From Octopus sinensis (Eukaryota), in contig NC_043000.1 in NCBI RefSeq assembly GCF_006345805.1, forward strand, positions 158,906,001-158,970,000: 64,000 bases of DNA. Direction: 5' to 3'. The notes beneath the pieces were generated by a model. That model was given only the letters and a program-made list of their open reading frames with translations, searched no databases and had not been told where the DNA came from. This document shows, in pieces, positions 1-12,599 of this stretch. The position numbers and the translations under genes were made by a program. Numbering within the stretch: position 1 is the first letter of the stretch; every line of letters starts with the position of its first letter.

Positions 1-1181
1 GCATATGAGTGCGCTTCCGTCTCTATCTTCAGGTCACTACTCCTCTTCCATAGCCACCGGTACTCTGTAACTTTCTTGGCGTTCACATCTCTTGCAAACT
101 GACCGTACATTTTTTCCCTTCTATGCATTTTACGCTTTTTTTTTGTTCATTTCTTGTTTAATTATTTTTAGTTACACAATTTTCAGTTTTGCTGACGCCG
201 GCCTTCTTCGCATGTTTCAACAGAGGCTAAACGGCATTTTTTATATACCACCCTAGGCTGTTTTCCTTTGCTTCGATACAGTCCTGGCAAATGATCAAAT
301 CTCTCCCACCCTTTCTTCTGAACAAGTATAACATATCGGTATCACACTAACGATGGAAGGTTCCGTGTACTGTCAACCATTTTCTGGTCTTCGTATTAAT
401 TTTCATTACTTCTCTCATTTAACATTTGATAATTCCCGCTCCATACCGAAGTGGCGCCATCGCCCACGCATAAATATGTTGGATTATATTTCATCCAGTT
501 CAACAACTTCAGTCTTCGGAAATACTCCATCATCAGTTGCTCTTTCTTTCCTTTTTCATCATCTCCTTGAACCCTAGTACGTCAAGATATTTGTATCCTT
601 GCATTTGAATTTGTTTAATCAAGACTCTGTTCGGTACTCCTGTCTCTGCTAGGGACTGTACCTTGATTCTTGTTACGTACTTTATTCCGCAATTCTTGAG
701 TTCAAATTGCACTTTAATATCAGAACTAAAACAGTAGACCGTGTACACCAAGGAACAGATCTGTGCCATGCCGTTTCAAATCATTCATGAAGAGAAGGTG
801 GTTGATTTTATGGGGTTTTCGTTTAGTTGGTGCCCCAGTTTCATTTTTCTAAGAGATGAATTAGGTGTATGAAGGGCAGGTGTAAAAGGGTAAAGACCCC
901 CTTCGGTCATGAGTGACCATGGGTTTGCACCTAGAGAGTAACCCTCTGAGGCACAAGTCTGGGCAAGGTTGTTTTATGGAAGACCAGTAGTCGCCCATGC
1001 ATACCGGCCTCCCCTCTCCACGCCACCAGTGTTATCCAAGGGAAAGACAAAGGTCGATACAGCTTGGAACCTGTGACGTCGCAACTCATTTCTACAGCTG
1101 AGTGAACTGGAGCAACGTGAAATAAAGTGTCTTGCTCAAGAACACAACAAGAAGGGCAGGTGTATAACGCAGAGAAAAGCA
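1..1181 (-). mobile_element. Old R4/Dong-clade LINE remnant (RT to thumb region), 5'-truncated, interrupted by a SINE, runs off the window edge
   Basis: Manual minus-strand translation with stops and frameshifts gives LLFSAL, KINHLLFMNDLK (RT YxDD motif region, ~770-810), GYKYLDV, WAMAPLRYGAGIIK, TRKWLTVHGTFHR*CDTDMLYLFRRKGGR, ENSLGWYIKN, MYGQFARD and DLKIETEA, collinear with Dong/R4 ORF motifs. An AAT tract lies at its 5' junction. Confidence 0.85.
885..1150 (-). mobile_element. 5'-truncated tRNA-derived SINE (family C) with 14-bp target-site duplication
   Basis: Reverse complement matches the body and tail of the SINE at 52673-53000. GAAGGGCAGGTGTA is directly repeated at 871-884 and 1151-1164. 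Confidence 0.9.
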
Positions 1182-1242
1182 ATTATTATTAATGTTCTTA
1201 TTGTTGTTGTCGTTTTCATCATTATTAGTATCATTATTATTA

Positions 1243-1280
<38 letters not shown>

Positions 1281-1283
<3 letters not shown>

Positions 1284-1922
1284 TAGTTTTATTTTTATAG
1301 CCTGCTTTCACTTCACTACCGAGCGCAGCTCTGTGTGCCTTAGGTATGTGCTGTGATTTGTTGTGATGCTCTGATGGTTATTGTATAGAAAGTGTTCTGC
1401 GTAGGATGTGTGCAGTGCCTGGTAGTGCAATTTTCTGTATGTTATATGTGTTTGTAAGTCCTGGTGTTTTTGTTATGTATTTGTCTGAATATTTTTTATC
1501 ATGCCTAATGCACCTACTATGATAGGAATTGTTTCTGTTTTTAGATTCCACATTCTGGTTACCTCTATATCCAGGTCTTTGTATTTTGAAAGTTTCTCCA
1601 TTTCTTTTAGAGACACGTTGTTATCTGCCGGTATTGATACTTCAATTAGAAAGCATTTTTTTTCTTCATGGTCTCTGACAACTATATCTGGTCTGTTGGC
1701 ATTAATTTCTCTATCTGTGTGTATCGGCATATCCCAGAGTATGGTTGCTTTCTCGTTTTCTGTGACCTTTTCTGGTGTGTGCCTATACCATCTTATTTCT
1801 GTTGTTATTCCATAATGTTGGCATAACTTCCTGTGTATGTAGGTTCCAACTCTGTCATGTCTGTGAATATATTCCTTCTTAGCCAGGACTGGGCAGCCAG
1901 AGATAATATGATTTATTGTTTC

Positions 1923-1923
<1 letters not shown>
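1281..1923 (-). mobile_element. Young R4/Dong LINE (family A), 5'-truncated 3' end: CCHC knuckle tail, restriction-like endonuclease and 3' UTR
   Basis: ORF 1473..2057 gives ETINHIISGCPVLAKKEYIHRHDRVG...ILWDMPIHTD...RPDIVV...IEVSIP...KYKDL. The 3' UTR is near-identical to 42600-42735 and 50940-51079. Flanked by (ATT)n at 1221-1280 and 1924 onward. Confidence 0.95.
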
Positions 1924-1963
<40 letters not shown>

Positions 1964-1979
1964 TATTATTATTATTATT

Positions 1980-2017
<38 letters not shown>

Positions 2018-2040
2018 TATTATTATTATAATTATTATGA
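1924..2040. repeat. Compound (ATT)n/(ATC)n microsatellite
   Basis: Seen directly. Confidence 0.95.
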
Positions 2041-2590
2041 GTGAGAGAGCAGTGCATGCCATCAAAGTGACACTGGGGTAAAATATACGAAGCCTAGTAT
2101 ACTCATCATACCTATCCGTTTGATAAGGGTAAACTAGGCATCTGCATCACAACCATATGTGCGTAACATGGTGATTTCATATCAAGACAAACTGTACATG
2201 ACCTTGCAGGTGCGGCCCAGTTAGGATTTTCTTCTGGTCGAGTAGCCCATCCCGCTCAAAAGGTCGCTGAATAAGGTTTGTTTAAGGATGTTGAACGAAA
2301 CACCTATGTTTCCAGAGGTGAATCATTCAAGCCCCAAATAAGCCCTCTCAAACCATGGCTATGATGCCCCCCCACTACTTCTGCTCCTGATCAGAGATGC
2401 ACATATCCTCAGCCACTAAGGGACATGCTCAACTGGTTAAGGTCAAACAACTGACAAACAAATCTGTGGTATTGAGCAGAATATTTGCTGTAGCCCATCT
2501 TTATACCAAGACAAAACAATGTACATGATAACACTTCCAATCAGTTAAGATCAGAAGTCACGTGAGCCACTGCCCTGTACTGCATCAGGG
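2041..2590. mobile_element. ~550-bp non-coding element bounded by ATT tracts, probably a non-autonomous or truncated retroposon
   Basis: GC-richer unique block with sharp microsatellite boundaries. Terminal stem-loop CCCTG-TACTGCAT-CAGGG (2573-2590) directly precedes (ATT)n. No second copy in the window; orientation unresolved. Confidence 0.45.
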
Positions 2591-2591
<1 letters not shown>

Positions 2592-2625
<34 letters not shown>

Positions 2626-2775
2626 GGTGTTGTTGTTGTTGTGGTGGTGATGGTGATGGTGATGGTGGTTGTGGTCATTGTTGTTGTTGTTGTGCCGGTG
2701 GTGGTGGTGGTGGTGGTAGTGGTGGTGGTGGTGGTGGTATTGGTGGTGGTTGTGGTAGTTTTATTGGTGATGATG
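2592..2775. repeat. Compound (ATT)n/(GTT)n/(GGT)n microsatellite
   Basis: Seen directly. Confidence 0.9.
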
Positions 2776-3059
2776 ATGAGAAGAAGGTGAAAGACTAGGA
2801 GGAGACTCTTGTACTGCGGTATAGAGCTGTTCACGTCGTTTTCGTTTTTCCGAACAGAGATCATTTTGTTGGTGTTGTCGTTTGAGTTAATCTTATTTCA
2901 AAATAAGATACAATAAATTTAGATAAAATTTCATTATAGAATGCATGGTTGCGAAACATTTGAATGCTATGTAAATAGCTGTGAGAATATTTATTGACAA
3001 AAGTATAGGCACACAATGCATAGAGCGTTAAATACGCATATTTGTATACGCAACATATG

Positions 3060-3238
3060 TAAGTGGTATGTGTTTCTGCGATTTTATTTCCCCATATATA
3101 CATACATGCACACATACATTGGAGACGTACATACATGCATATATGTATATATATATGCATGCATGTATATATGTATATTTGTCTTCATATATATATATGT
3201 ATATATACATATATATACAGATATATATATATATATAC

Positions 3239-3269
<31 letters not shown>

Positions 3270-3500
3270 CATATATATATATATACATATATATGTATAC
3301 ATACATACATATATATATATATGTATATATATGCATGTATATATATTTATATGTATATATATATATACACATATGCATATATATACGTATGTGTATATAT
3401 ATATGTATTCGTGTGTCTTAGATATGGATTTATACGTATGTATAGATATATACACATGCATGTATATATTATGTACACTCTCGTGCGCTCACAGACCCGT
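3060..3500. repeat. Degenerate (TA)n/(TATG)n/(CA)n low-complexity tract
   Basis: Seen directly; source of the Y/I/H/M-rich pseudo-ORFs. Confidence 0.9.
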
Positions 3501-4875
3501 GCACCTACACAAATTCTTACACTAATACATCTTTATTTTTAAAAAGCATTATAAAGTTAATTTTTATTTGAAATTCAAGATCCGCCAAACGTTTATTTAA
3601 ACAGTGTGTCCCTCTCGCATCCCTTCTTCCCGTATCCCTCTACCTCCCTCTCCCGTTCTCTTTTTCTGTATGCATATATATGTGTATATCTGTGTGTGAG
3701 TGTTTGCGTGTGCGTGTACATGCGATTGATAAATTAAATTGTACATATATTTGTTATTTGAACATACAATTTGATTTTCAATTTCACAAATGCTTTGCTT
3801 CATATTGATTCACTGCATCAAAATTGTAGATACTCGTCTGCCCACTTTTACGGACACAAAATAATTTTTTAGAAACGTTAATGCGTTTAAATCCATTTGC
3901 TTGTCTGTCCGTTTGTGAGTATGATTGTATATATGTGTGTATGCACGTACGTATGTATGCACATACATATATATATATAATATATATATATATTATATAT
4001 ATATATATTGTATGTATGCACTCATATATATATGTATGTATATATATATATAAACTTATGTATGTATGTACATACATACATATACATACATATATATGTA
4101 TATATATATATGTATATGTATATATATATGTATATATTAGCTAGACCTATGTATATCATATGAAAAAGTATGCTTATAAATACGTATCATGCTTGTGGGA
4201 GGTATTTTAGATATGATACAGCACAGGTATTTGAATTGTTCAATAAAAGAGGAAATATGTCGAATGTGCATCATATTTCTTTCGTAAAATGGTACAGCTT
4301 TTTTAATAAAATGTCAAAATGATTTATTTTTACCATAATTCAGTGATTATAGTGACAATGTCTTGTGATTATGCATGTGAGTATGTATATATATATATAT
4401 ATATACACATATATTTACATATGTGTGTGTCTGCGTGTGTATGTACGTACGTGTTTGTGCGTGCGTGTGTCTGTGTGTGTTAGTGTGTGTATATATATAT
4501 GTACCGTTAAGGACGGTTATATTTCGTCCATACATTTTCAGTGAGTTTTTCTGGAAGGTGAAGAACGTATGAAGCATAAACACACATCCACACACATAAA
4601 GATGTCCCAGTTGTATGGACACATGAGTGGGTACGTACGTATTTACGTTTACATAAGTGTATAGTAATCTACGTATATGCATATATATGTAAACTTATTT
4701 ATATATGTGTGTGTGTGTGTGTGTATGTGTCTGTGCGTGTGTGTATTTGAGTGTGTATATATATACATATATATATATATAGAGAGAGAGAGAGCGAGGG
4801 AGAGAGAGAAAGAAAGAAAGAGATAGTTATAATTATACATATACGTATATATGCATTATATATATATGGGGCACC

Positions 4876-4914
<39 letters not shown>

Positions 4915-4959
4915 TTATATTTACATGGAACAATTGATAGATAATAGATATATAAATGT

Positions 4960-5001
4960 ATAGATTGATTGATAGATAGATAGAGATAGATGGATAGATA
5001 A

Positions 5002-5077
<76 letters not shown>

Positions 5078-5160
5078 TTAGATAGATAGATAGTTAGATA
5101 GATAGACAGATAGGTAGACAGACAGACAGCTAGATAGATAGACAGACAGATAGATACTTA
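4960..5160. repeat. (GATA)n/(GACA)n microsatellite
   Basis: Seen directly. Confidence 0.95.
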
Positions 5161-5564
5161 GATATGTTTACGAGTGTTTACAAAACGATATTTTTTTTAA
5201 TCTGGATATATTCAAACTTAATTTGATAGAAATGGACTGTAATTGCCAAAGCCTTTACTAAATAAATACAAATTAAGCGATAAGTGAAAATAATTTTAAA
5301 CAAATCAAGATTCTCCGAATAATCTTTTATTGATGCTAAATTGCATTTACTGCAACAAATCCATAAAATGTAACGCAATTTTTATTTTCTATGAACCTAA
5401 CAGTATGCGTTCTTAAGATTTCTTGTCAGTTGTTCATTTCAACATAACTATATATATTCGCTTAATTATCCTCCTTTCAATATTGAAAATATTAAAGTAT
5501 GTCTCTTTATATTTCAATACTATATATAGATATGCTTATTAATATATATGAGTGGGCTTGTATG

Positions 5565-5566
5565 TA

Positions 5567-5661
<95 letters not shown>
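5565..5661. repeat. (TATC)n microsatellite
   Basis: Seen directly. Confidence 0.95.
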
Positions 5662-5662
<1 letters not shown>

Positions 5663-5669
5663 ATCTATC

Positions 5670-6170
5670 AAAAGGAAAGTGAGAGTAGAGAGGCAAGTTT
5701 TGTCTAGCGAATGTTTTAAAAAAAGATGGGTGAATGTAGCAAGAATGGCACGTATGAATGACGAAGCCACCTTGAGCATAGTCCTATGAACCCAGAAATC
5801 GAAAACAGAGTTGCTTATTTGCAAAAAAAAAAAAAAAAAAAAAGAAATATAAAATGTGACTTCATTGACCGAGGTTACCGTGGTCTTTTCCGTAGGCTTT
5901 TCTTTCCACGGGTAAACCTCACCTGTCCTCCCCTTTACACTTCATATTGACATTTCTGTGATAACGATCCCTATTGATCAATTTTTTTTTCCTCTCCCCC
6001 CCATTTTTTTTTTTAACCCCCCCTTTTTTTGCCCTCTTTCTCTCCTTTTACGATCCCTTTTGATCGAAACTCCCCCTTCCTTTTTTTTTTTTTTTTAAAC
6101 CTTCAAAAGAAAAGCTCTACCTTGTAATTTGTTCTATCTGTGTGCAGCCCTGTGTGGCTAATAAAGAAAC
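5670..6170 (+). mobile_element. 5'-truncated non-LTR retrotransposon 3' end (Tx1/L1-like ORF2 C-terminus and 3' UTR) inserted in (TATC)n
   Basis: Reads KRKVRVERQVLSSECFKKRWVNVARMARMNDEATLSIVL* (stop 5787-5789). The UTR ends GGCTAATAAAGAAAC followed by (TATC)n. A second copy of the 3' UTR lies at 12008-12260. Clade assignment is from memory of Tx1-like C-termini (F...RW) and is not verified. Confidence 0.65.
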
Positions 6171-6221
6171 ATATCTATCTATCATCTATCTATCTATCTA
6201 TATATCTATCTATCTATCTAT

Positions 6222-6288
<67 letters not shown>

Positions 6289-6500
6289 TACATACATACA
6301 TACATACATGCATACATAATTACATACATACATACATTATATATGGCCAATTCATAAGCAAATTTTTTTCTTTTCCCATCTTAAAAGGCCACTAGGTACT
6401 ATACAAACAAGTCTTACCATGCAAAAGTCAAGTCTCTTTACTTCCCCATCCCTCTAACAAAATTGTTTTTTCTCCCTTCTTCTTCCTTGTTTGGCAAACC

Positions 6501-6854
6501 CCAGAAATTTCTGTATCAAATTTAAACACTATTTATATAGGGTCCATTTCGAATAAAATTAAATCAAGAGTAGCTCAACATATGTATTCTTTTAGGTATA
6601 AAGATCTAATAAATTCAACAGGTCTTAGTAAATATATTTGGAACCTTAAATACAGATATATTAAATATAAATTAACTTGGGAGATTATTTGTAGGGCTAA
6701 ATCATATTGTATAGGGATTAATTCTTGTTCATTGTGTAATAATGAATTCAATGAAATATTGCTTAGTAATAATTATGCGTTAATAAATTCATTAGAGGAA
6801 CGTAAAATTAAATGTAAACATAAATTAAATTATCATTATAATAGGTTTAGCTAA
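6501..6854 (+). pseudogene. Penelope-like element GIY-YIG endonuclease fragment
   Basis: In frame from 6531: IYIGSISNKIKSRVAQHMYSF...NSTGLSKYIWNLK...LTWEII.RAKSY...CSLCNNE..EIL...LIN..E...KCKH. This matches the PLE GIY-YIG pattern (YIG, R..H..SF, ST.LSK.IW.LK, C.LC, KC.H). Confidence 0.85.
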
Positions 6855-7223
6855 TAAATAAATGATTATATAAATTTATTAAGATATATTAATTCTAGTA
6901 ATATAAATTAATTTAAATATAATATATATATTTTACTTATTTATTATTTGGACTTTAAATTTATAGTAAATAGTCATTTAAAATTAAATGCTAACATAAA
7001 TATATTTACCTATATGATACGTCTAGCTAATTTTTCCGTATGTATAAAACCCTATTTCTTTTTATGTTATTTATTTTTTGTAGATATAATTTAGTAGAAT
7101 GAGTGTATAATTTACTTTATTATGTGCTATCTTAATATATTTGAGTAATTTTAAACTTAGATATTTCTTAATATATAAATGATTATATATAATTTTATTA
7201 AGAATTATTAGTTATAGTGGGCC

Positions 7224-7338
7224 GTCAGAATTTTGGATAATACTTTATTAGCGCTCACGTTCGTTTTTCGAACTCGTCAAGAAAAATTCAGAATCATAAT
7301 GGTAAAATCAGAATGTTTCGTAGCTCATTTGCATGAAT
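7224..7338 (-). repeat. Left arm of a 115-bp diverged inverted repeat (partner 7787-7901)
   Basis: Ungapped hand alignment of the reverse complement with 7787-7901 gives 97/115 identical. Confidence 0.85.
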
Positions 7339-7488
7339 GGGATTTTTTTCCTTTGTTTAGAATAAATAACATAAAATAATTTAAAAGAAAGAAAAAATGA
7401 AAAATGCTTTCTAATGAAATTTCAATGAATTGTCCGCATCAAAATGAAAAGAAACCCCTCTTCTTCTCTCTTTCTCTATGTCTTTCTT

Positions 7489-7559
<71 letters not shown>

Positions 7560-7786
7560 GTCTGTCTATCTATCTTTCTATCTATTTATCTATCTATCTA
7601 TCTATGCTTCACTCATCCTTTATCCTTTTCTCTCCTCTTTCTTGATTGTCCTGAAACGTCTGTCTGTCTCTCTCCCTCTTTGTCTGCCCCCTCTTTGCCA
7701 TTCTCACTCTTTCACTCCCTTTTCCAAAAAACAAAACGAAAATAAAACAATATTCTCCTCTTCTAATCAAAGCAAAAGAACATCTG

Positions 7787-10700
7787 ATTCATGTAAATGA
7801 ACTACGAAACGTTCTGTTTTTAACATTTTGCTTTTGATTTTATCTAGACGAGTTTGAAAAATAAATGAAAGCGCTAATAAAGAATTATCCAAAATTCTGA
7901 CTGCCTCCTTTTCATCAATATACAATAACTGTACAACACTTCAAAGACTCTATACATATCTATCTGGATGTACAAGACGTGAAAATGAATGGATGAGAAT
8001 CAAATACGCAACCGAGAGATACCAAAAGGCACAGAAGAAATCGCAGAAATATCAATTTTTACCACTACAGATAAAACTGTGAATAATACTCATATACAAA
8101 GTAGTCTAACAACAGGAACGAACGACACGAAGCCTGCTTATGAACGGTACCTATCTAAAAGAAAACTTTGCAAGAAAGGGGAACCGATATACAACAACAA
8201 AATCTTTTGAAACCACAACTCTCAAACATGCTTCTAAATCAACTTAAACCTGCTTATTGAAAGAGCATTCGATGTAACAACATAGTCGACACATACCAAG
8301 ATTGGCGAAGCAAAGAAAACCCAGTATCACTCAGAAAATTTCTAATTAAAGACGTAAGAGGGAAATCACTTAAATAAACGACGATACGTGTAAACTTAGC
8401 TTTATGCTGAATTGTAGCGGAAATCACTCTTCTCTAATTGCGTAAAATACAAGAGAAGGTAAAAACAATTGATGCGGTTATGTTTGAAATCGTCGAAATG
8501 GTAATCAAAGCCATGAATCATTACAACAATTAAGGAAAGAGACACTAAGAGGGAAAAAGAAAAAAAATCCATACAAATGTGGGAAAAACAAGAGTGGTTC
8601 ACTAACTGTGAAAAAGCCTATGGAGAAAAATCCATTATGAAAACAAAACCACAAGAACAAGAAATATACAAGGAAATCGAAAACAAACACAGACACCTAC
8701 CCTATAGGAACCAGACTAAAATATCGGAACTCTAGTTATCTTAGAACATACCAGAAATGACCTCCAGCTCACCACTTATGCAGACCACAAACCGATATTC
8801 TGCAATACCAAAACATAATACTGCAATAAACTAACACAGGGAATATAGAAGACGGTCATCAACCCATAATATCAAACACCTTAGATGGATGAATACAATG
8901 GGGAAAAAACAGGAAATACAAGTAACGTACAGACAACATCCAATCCTAGATGGATGAATACATGTAAAGAAAGACAAGTAAAATGCGGACAACACAGAAA
9001 CCATATCAAAATACGATATGCAATATACAATAATCATCACGGAACCTCAAGAAAATCACGATTTACGACCAACATTCCCCTACATCCTGAATGGTCCAGT
9101 AAATATAGAAGATAGGATGAAGACAGAACCTATAGACATCAAAATACCTACAAAGAACAAGAAACATCCCCCCCACCTACGAGGGAATAAGAAACCCGGA
9201 AATAGCAAAAAAAATGGATACACAATAATACAATTCTTTTTTAGGGGGAAAATACCACAATCGCACACCAGAGCCGTCGTAAAAGAAAATTCTGATGAGC
9301 ACACAGAACATATATATCCGAAGATAGATAATAAATTTATCAAATAAAAAATCTCAACAAGAATGAGATGAATCTCCAATTGAAAGATTTCAAATTTACC
9401 CCGACACCCAGCCCCTAATGTCATTGAACTAAAATTTGATATAGAGCTTTTTAACTACCACCTCCGGCTTATAGAATTCTTCGGCAATAAGAATATAAAG
9501 GATGAATCAATTTTCAGAAACAAATCCCACTTCACCCCCTACAAGTGGATGACAAACATTTAGATGCATATATAGTCACAATTTCGAAATGTTTCTCAAA
9601 TACCCGTAAATGCAAGCAAAACCTTCGTGTAGAAGAAAAGTAAGCCATACTAACACTGTAAAATGACTATTCAATCATCTCAAAAGAAGCCGATAAGGGA
9701 CAAATACTTCTATAAAGATAAAATATTGGAAACTCTAACAGACTAAACCTGCTACAAGGAGGAACCAAGACACCCAGAAAAAGCAATAGTGAATAAAATC
9801 AAAATACTAATTAATGATACAGCAAGATTCCTTCACAGATAAGGAGAAAGAGTATTTATGCAACTCTGTAACCAAACAGCGCAACTTCTACGGATTACCC
9901 AATATCCACAAAATCCCCGAAATTCAGAGAGCCAGAAATGAGCAGATGAACCAATATATACGAATACTAAGATCTACTGACCTCAAACTGAGACCAATAG
10001 TTGCTGGAACTCAACTACCAACAGAACAACCGAGTCATTTTTGGACATACTTCTAAAACCTTTATTAATACCCAGCTATATACAGGACGGCACAGATTTC
10101 TTCCTGAACATTCCGCCCACTGTCTCAGAAGGTACTATACTTACAAGCTTTGATTTCACTACTCTTTATATCAATATACCTCACACATTGAACAGTTAAA
10201 AACTATGAAGAGAAACAAAGATGGCAAAGAAATGAACGCCTCAAATCTGACTTCATCAACAAGGTCACACGCCTGGTACTAGACGAAGATAACTTTAGAT
10301 TCGATTATAGAACATATCGACAGATAAAGGGCACGGCTAAGGGAGGACGTGGTTTGCGCCCTCATATGCTAACCTAGTCATGGGATATTGGAAGAAAAGC
10401 TTTATTAGGAAGGGGAGAGAGTTTTAAATCAAGATTACAAGAAATACGTCATTAAAAAAGAAATGCTTCCTCGATGACTGCTTCATATTTTCGGACAATC
10501 AAATGAGAACCTACAAATATTTAATAATATACACAACACACTTCACCCATCCATGAAATTCGTGGCAGAACCACCCAGTTTCACTGAATTACCATTCCTG
10601 GACATTCACATAAAAATACGCAACACCACAGTCACAACGGACATATTTTACAATAAAAACGGACACGCACCAATATTCGAATTTCTACACTTGCCATCCT

Positions 10701-10900
10701 TGACACATCAAAAAGAACAGCATGACAAAATGTATCTGTACTATACTGATTGACCCCCCCAAAACGTCAAATCCGACTCAACAAGCTCAAAGATTTCCTA
10801 AAAAAGCAGAAAAATTAATGAACACACGATTCCATTTATTAATACGCACAATCCTGGTGGAGCCAACATCTTTCACACGTTAATGCATTTGTAAAAGGCT
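7787..10900 (+). mobile_element. Decayed Penelope-like retroelement (N-terminal region and RT), endonuclease end missing
   Basis: Fragments in order: KFTPTPSPN..ELKFDI, KEADKG, NFYGLPNIHK...DLKLRPIVAG, LTSFDFTTLYINIPH, RQIKGTA, FAPSYANLVMG, FLDDCFIF (~10467-10478), ELPFLDI...TDIFY. Many frameshifts and stops; end coordinates approximate. Confidence 0.85.
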
Positions 10901-11519
10901 CATGTACAATGCAATCATAATTCCTCTTGAACCACTGTGGAGAAATTCCAATGACCGTTGATGTAACGTTTCGTGCTTACTTGATCTACTAAAAATGATA
11001 AACAAATGTTTCTGAACTCATTCCTTGGTTTTATCAAAAAGATGACATTTTAGGCTGGACAAAACAGACAAGAGGGCCACGTAAGAATAATTTTTTTACG
11101 TATATTTTGCTCAGATTTTACCAAGGGTAAACATCAACAGCAAAAATTGTCCCATTATAAGTTGGAGATTATTTTGGACTCATAAACTGACGCTAAATTT
11201 TTACAGTAACATATAAGTCTTATAAATCTTAGCATATCGTATTCTATTCAACGACGTCTTACATTGGCGCTTTTGTGTAGGAGTATATATGTGCTGGTGT
11301 ATGTTTTTCTGTTTGCAATTGGGAATATTTGTGCGTGAGGATGTTCGAATGAGCGTGCATATTTGCATGGAAAACACAGATCATTTACATTCTCAATTTC
11401 AAATTTCAAAATGCATAAATATGACTTAAGTTTTCTATTATGAACGGAAATCATAAATAGGGGAAAGAAAGACAAACTTACATTCGAATGTAGACACATT
11501 CATATATGTGTGTGTGAGT

Positions 11520-11626
11520 ATATATATATACATATATATATATATATACAGAGAGAGAGAGAGAGAGAGATAAATATATATAGAGAGAGAGAGATAGATG
11601 GAGAGAGAGATAGATAGATAAATAGA

Positions 11627-11658
<32 letters not shown>

Positions 11659-11685
11659 AAGATAGATAGATAGATAGATAGATAT

Positions 11686-11762
<77 letters not shown>

Positions 11763-11786
11763 CAGACAGATAGATAGATAGATGAT

Positions 11787-11829
<43 letters not shown>

Positions 11830-11833
11830 AAGG

Positions 11834-11905
<72 letters not shown>

Positions 11906-11926
11906 CAGACAGATAGATAGATAGAT

Positions 11927-11969
<43 letters not shown>

Positions 11970-12282
11970 GGATAGATAGATAGACAGACAAATAGATAGA
12001 TAGATAAGTTTCTTTATTGGCCACACAGGGCTGCACACAGATGGGACAAGTTACAAGGTAGAGCTTTTCTTTTGGGGGATGAAAAAAACAAAAAACAAAA
12101 GAAACAAAAAAAACAAAAAAAGGGGTGGCGTAGGTTTTCGATCAAGAGGGATCGTAAAAGGGAAGAAAAGAACAAAAATAAATAAATAAAATAGAATAAA
12201 ATAAAATAAAAAATAAAAATAAATAAAAAAAGAAGAAAAGGAAAAGAAACAAAAGAAAAGATAGATAGATGGATAGATAGAT

Positions 12283-12368
<86 letters not shown>
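11520..12368. repeat. Long (GATA)n array interrupted by a retroelement 3' end
   Basis: Seen directly. Confidence 0.95.
12008..12260 (-). mobile_element. Second copy (3' UTR only) of the Tx1-like element, embedded in (GATA)n
   Basis: GTTTCTTTATTGGCCACACAGGGCTGCACACAGAT...ACAAGGTAGAGCTTTTCTTTTG and TTTCGATCAAGAGGGATCGTAAAAGG are reverse complements of segments within 6040-6170. Confidence 0.85.
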
Positions 12369-12369
<1 letters not shown>

Positions 12370-12599
12370 CATTCACACATATGTATAGCTGATATTTAAA
12401 TCTTTTGTTGGGTTTTGTAAATTTTATGGTTAAACCACTCCAATGTTATTGTAGAATTATTTGCTTTGGCTTGTATCACGATCTTTCGGACGTTCATTCT
12501 GCTGTTTGTACTTTTCTTATGCAAATGTGCTTGCAGTCGACATATAAATGTATTTATGCATTCATTTGCTTTGTGCATGTAATGCACACGCATGCACAC

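Noticed and set aside
5178-5378. CSKCN...(Y)IGES-like trace suggesting another GIY-YIG
   Set aside because: Needs an assumed frameshift and has no further supporting motifs
7224-7338. TGA-rich frame suggesting a mitochondrial insertion (NUMT)
   Set aside because: No recognisable mitochondrial gene; better explained as the inverted copy of the PLE-associated repeat
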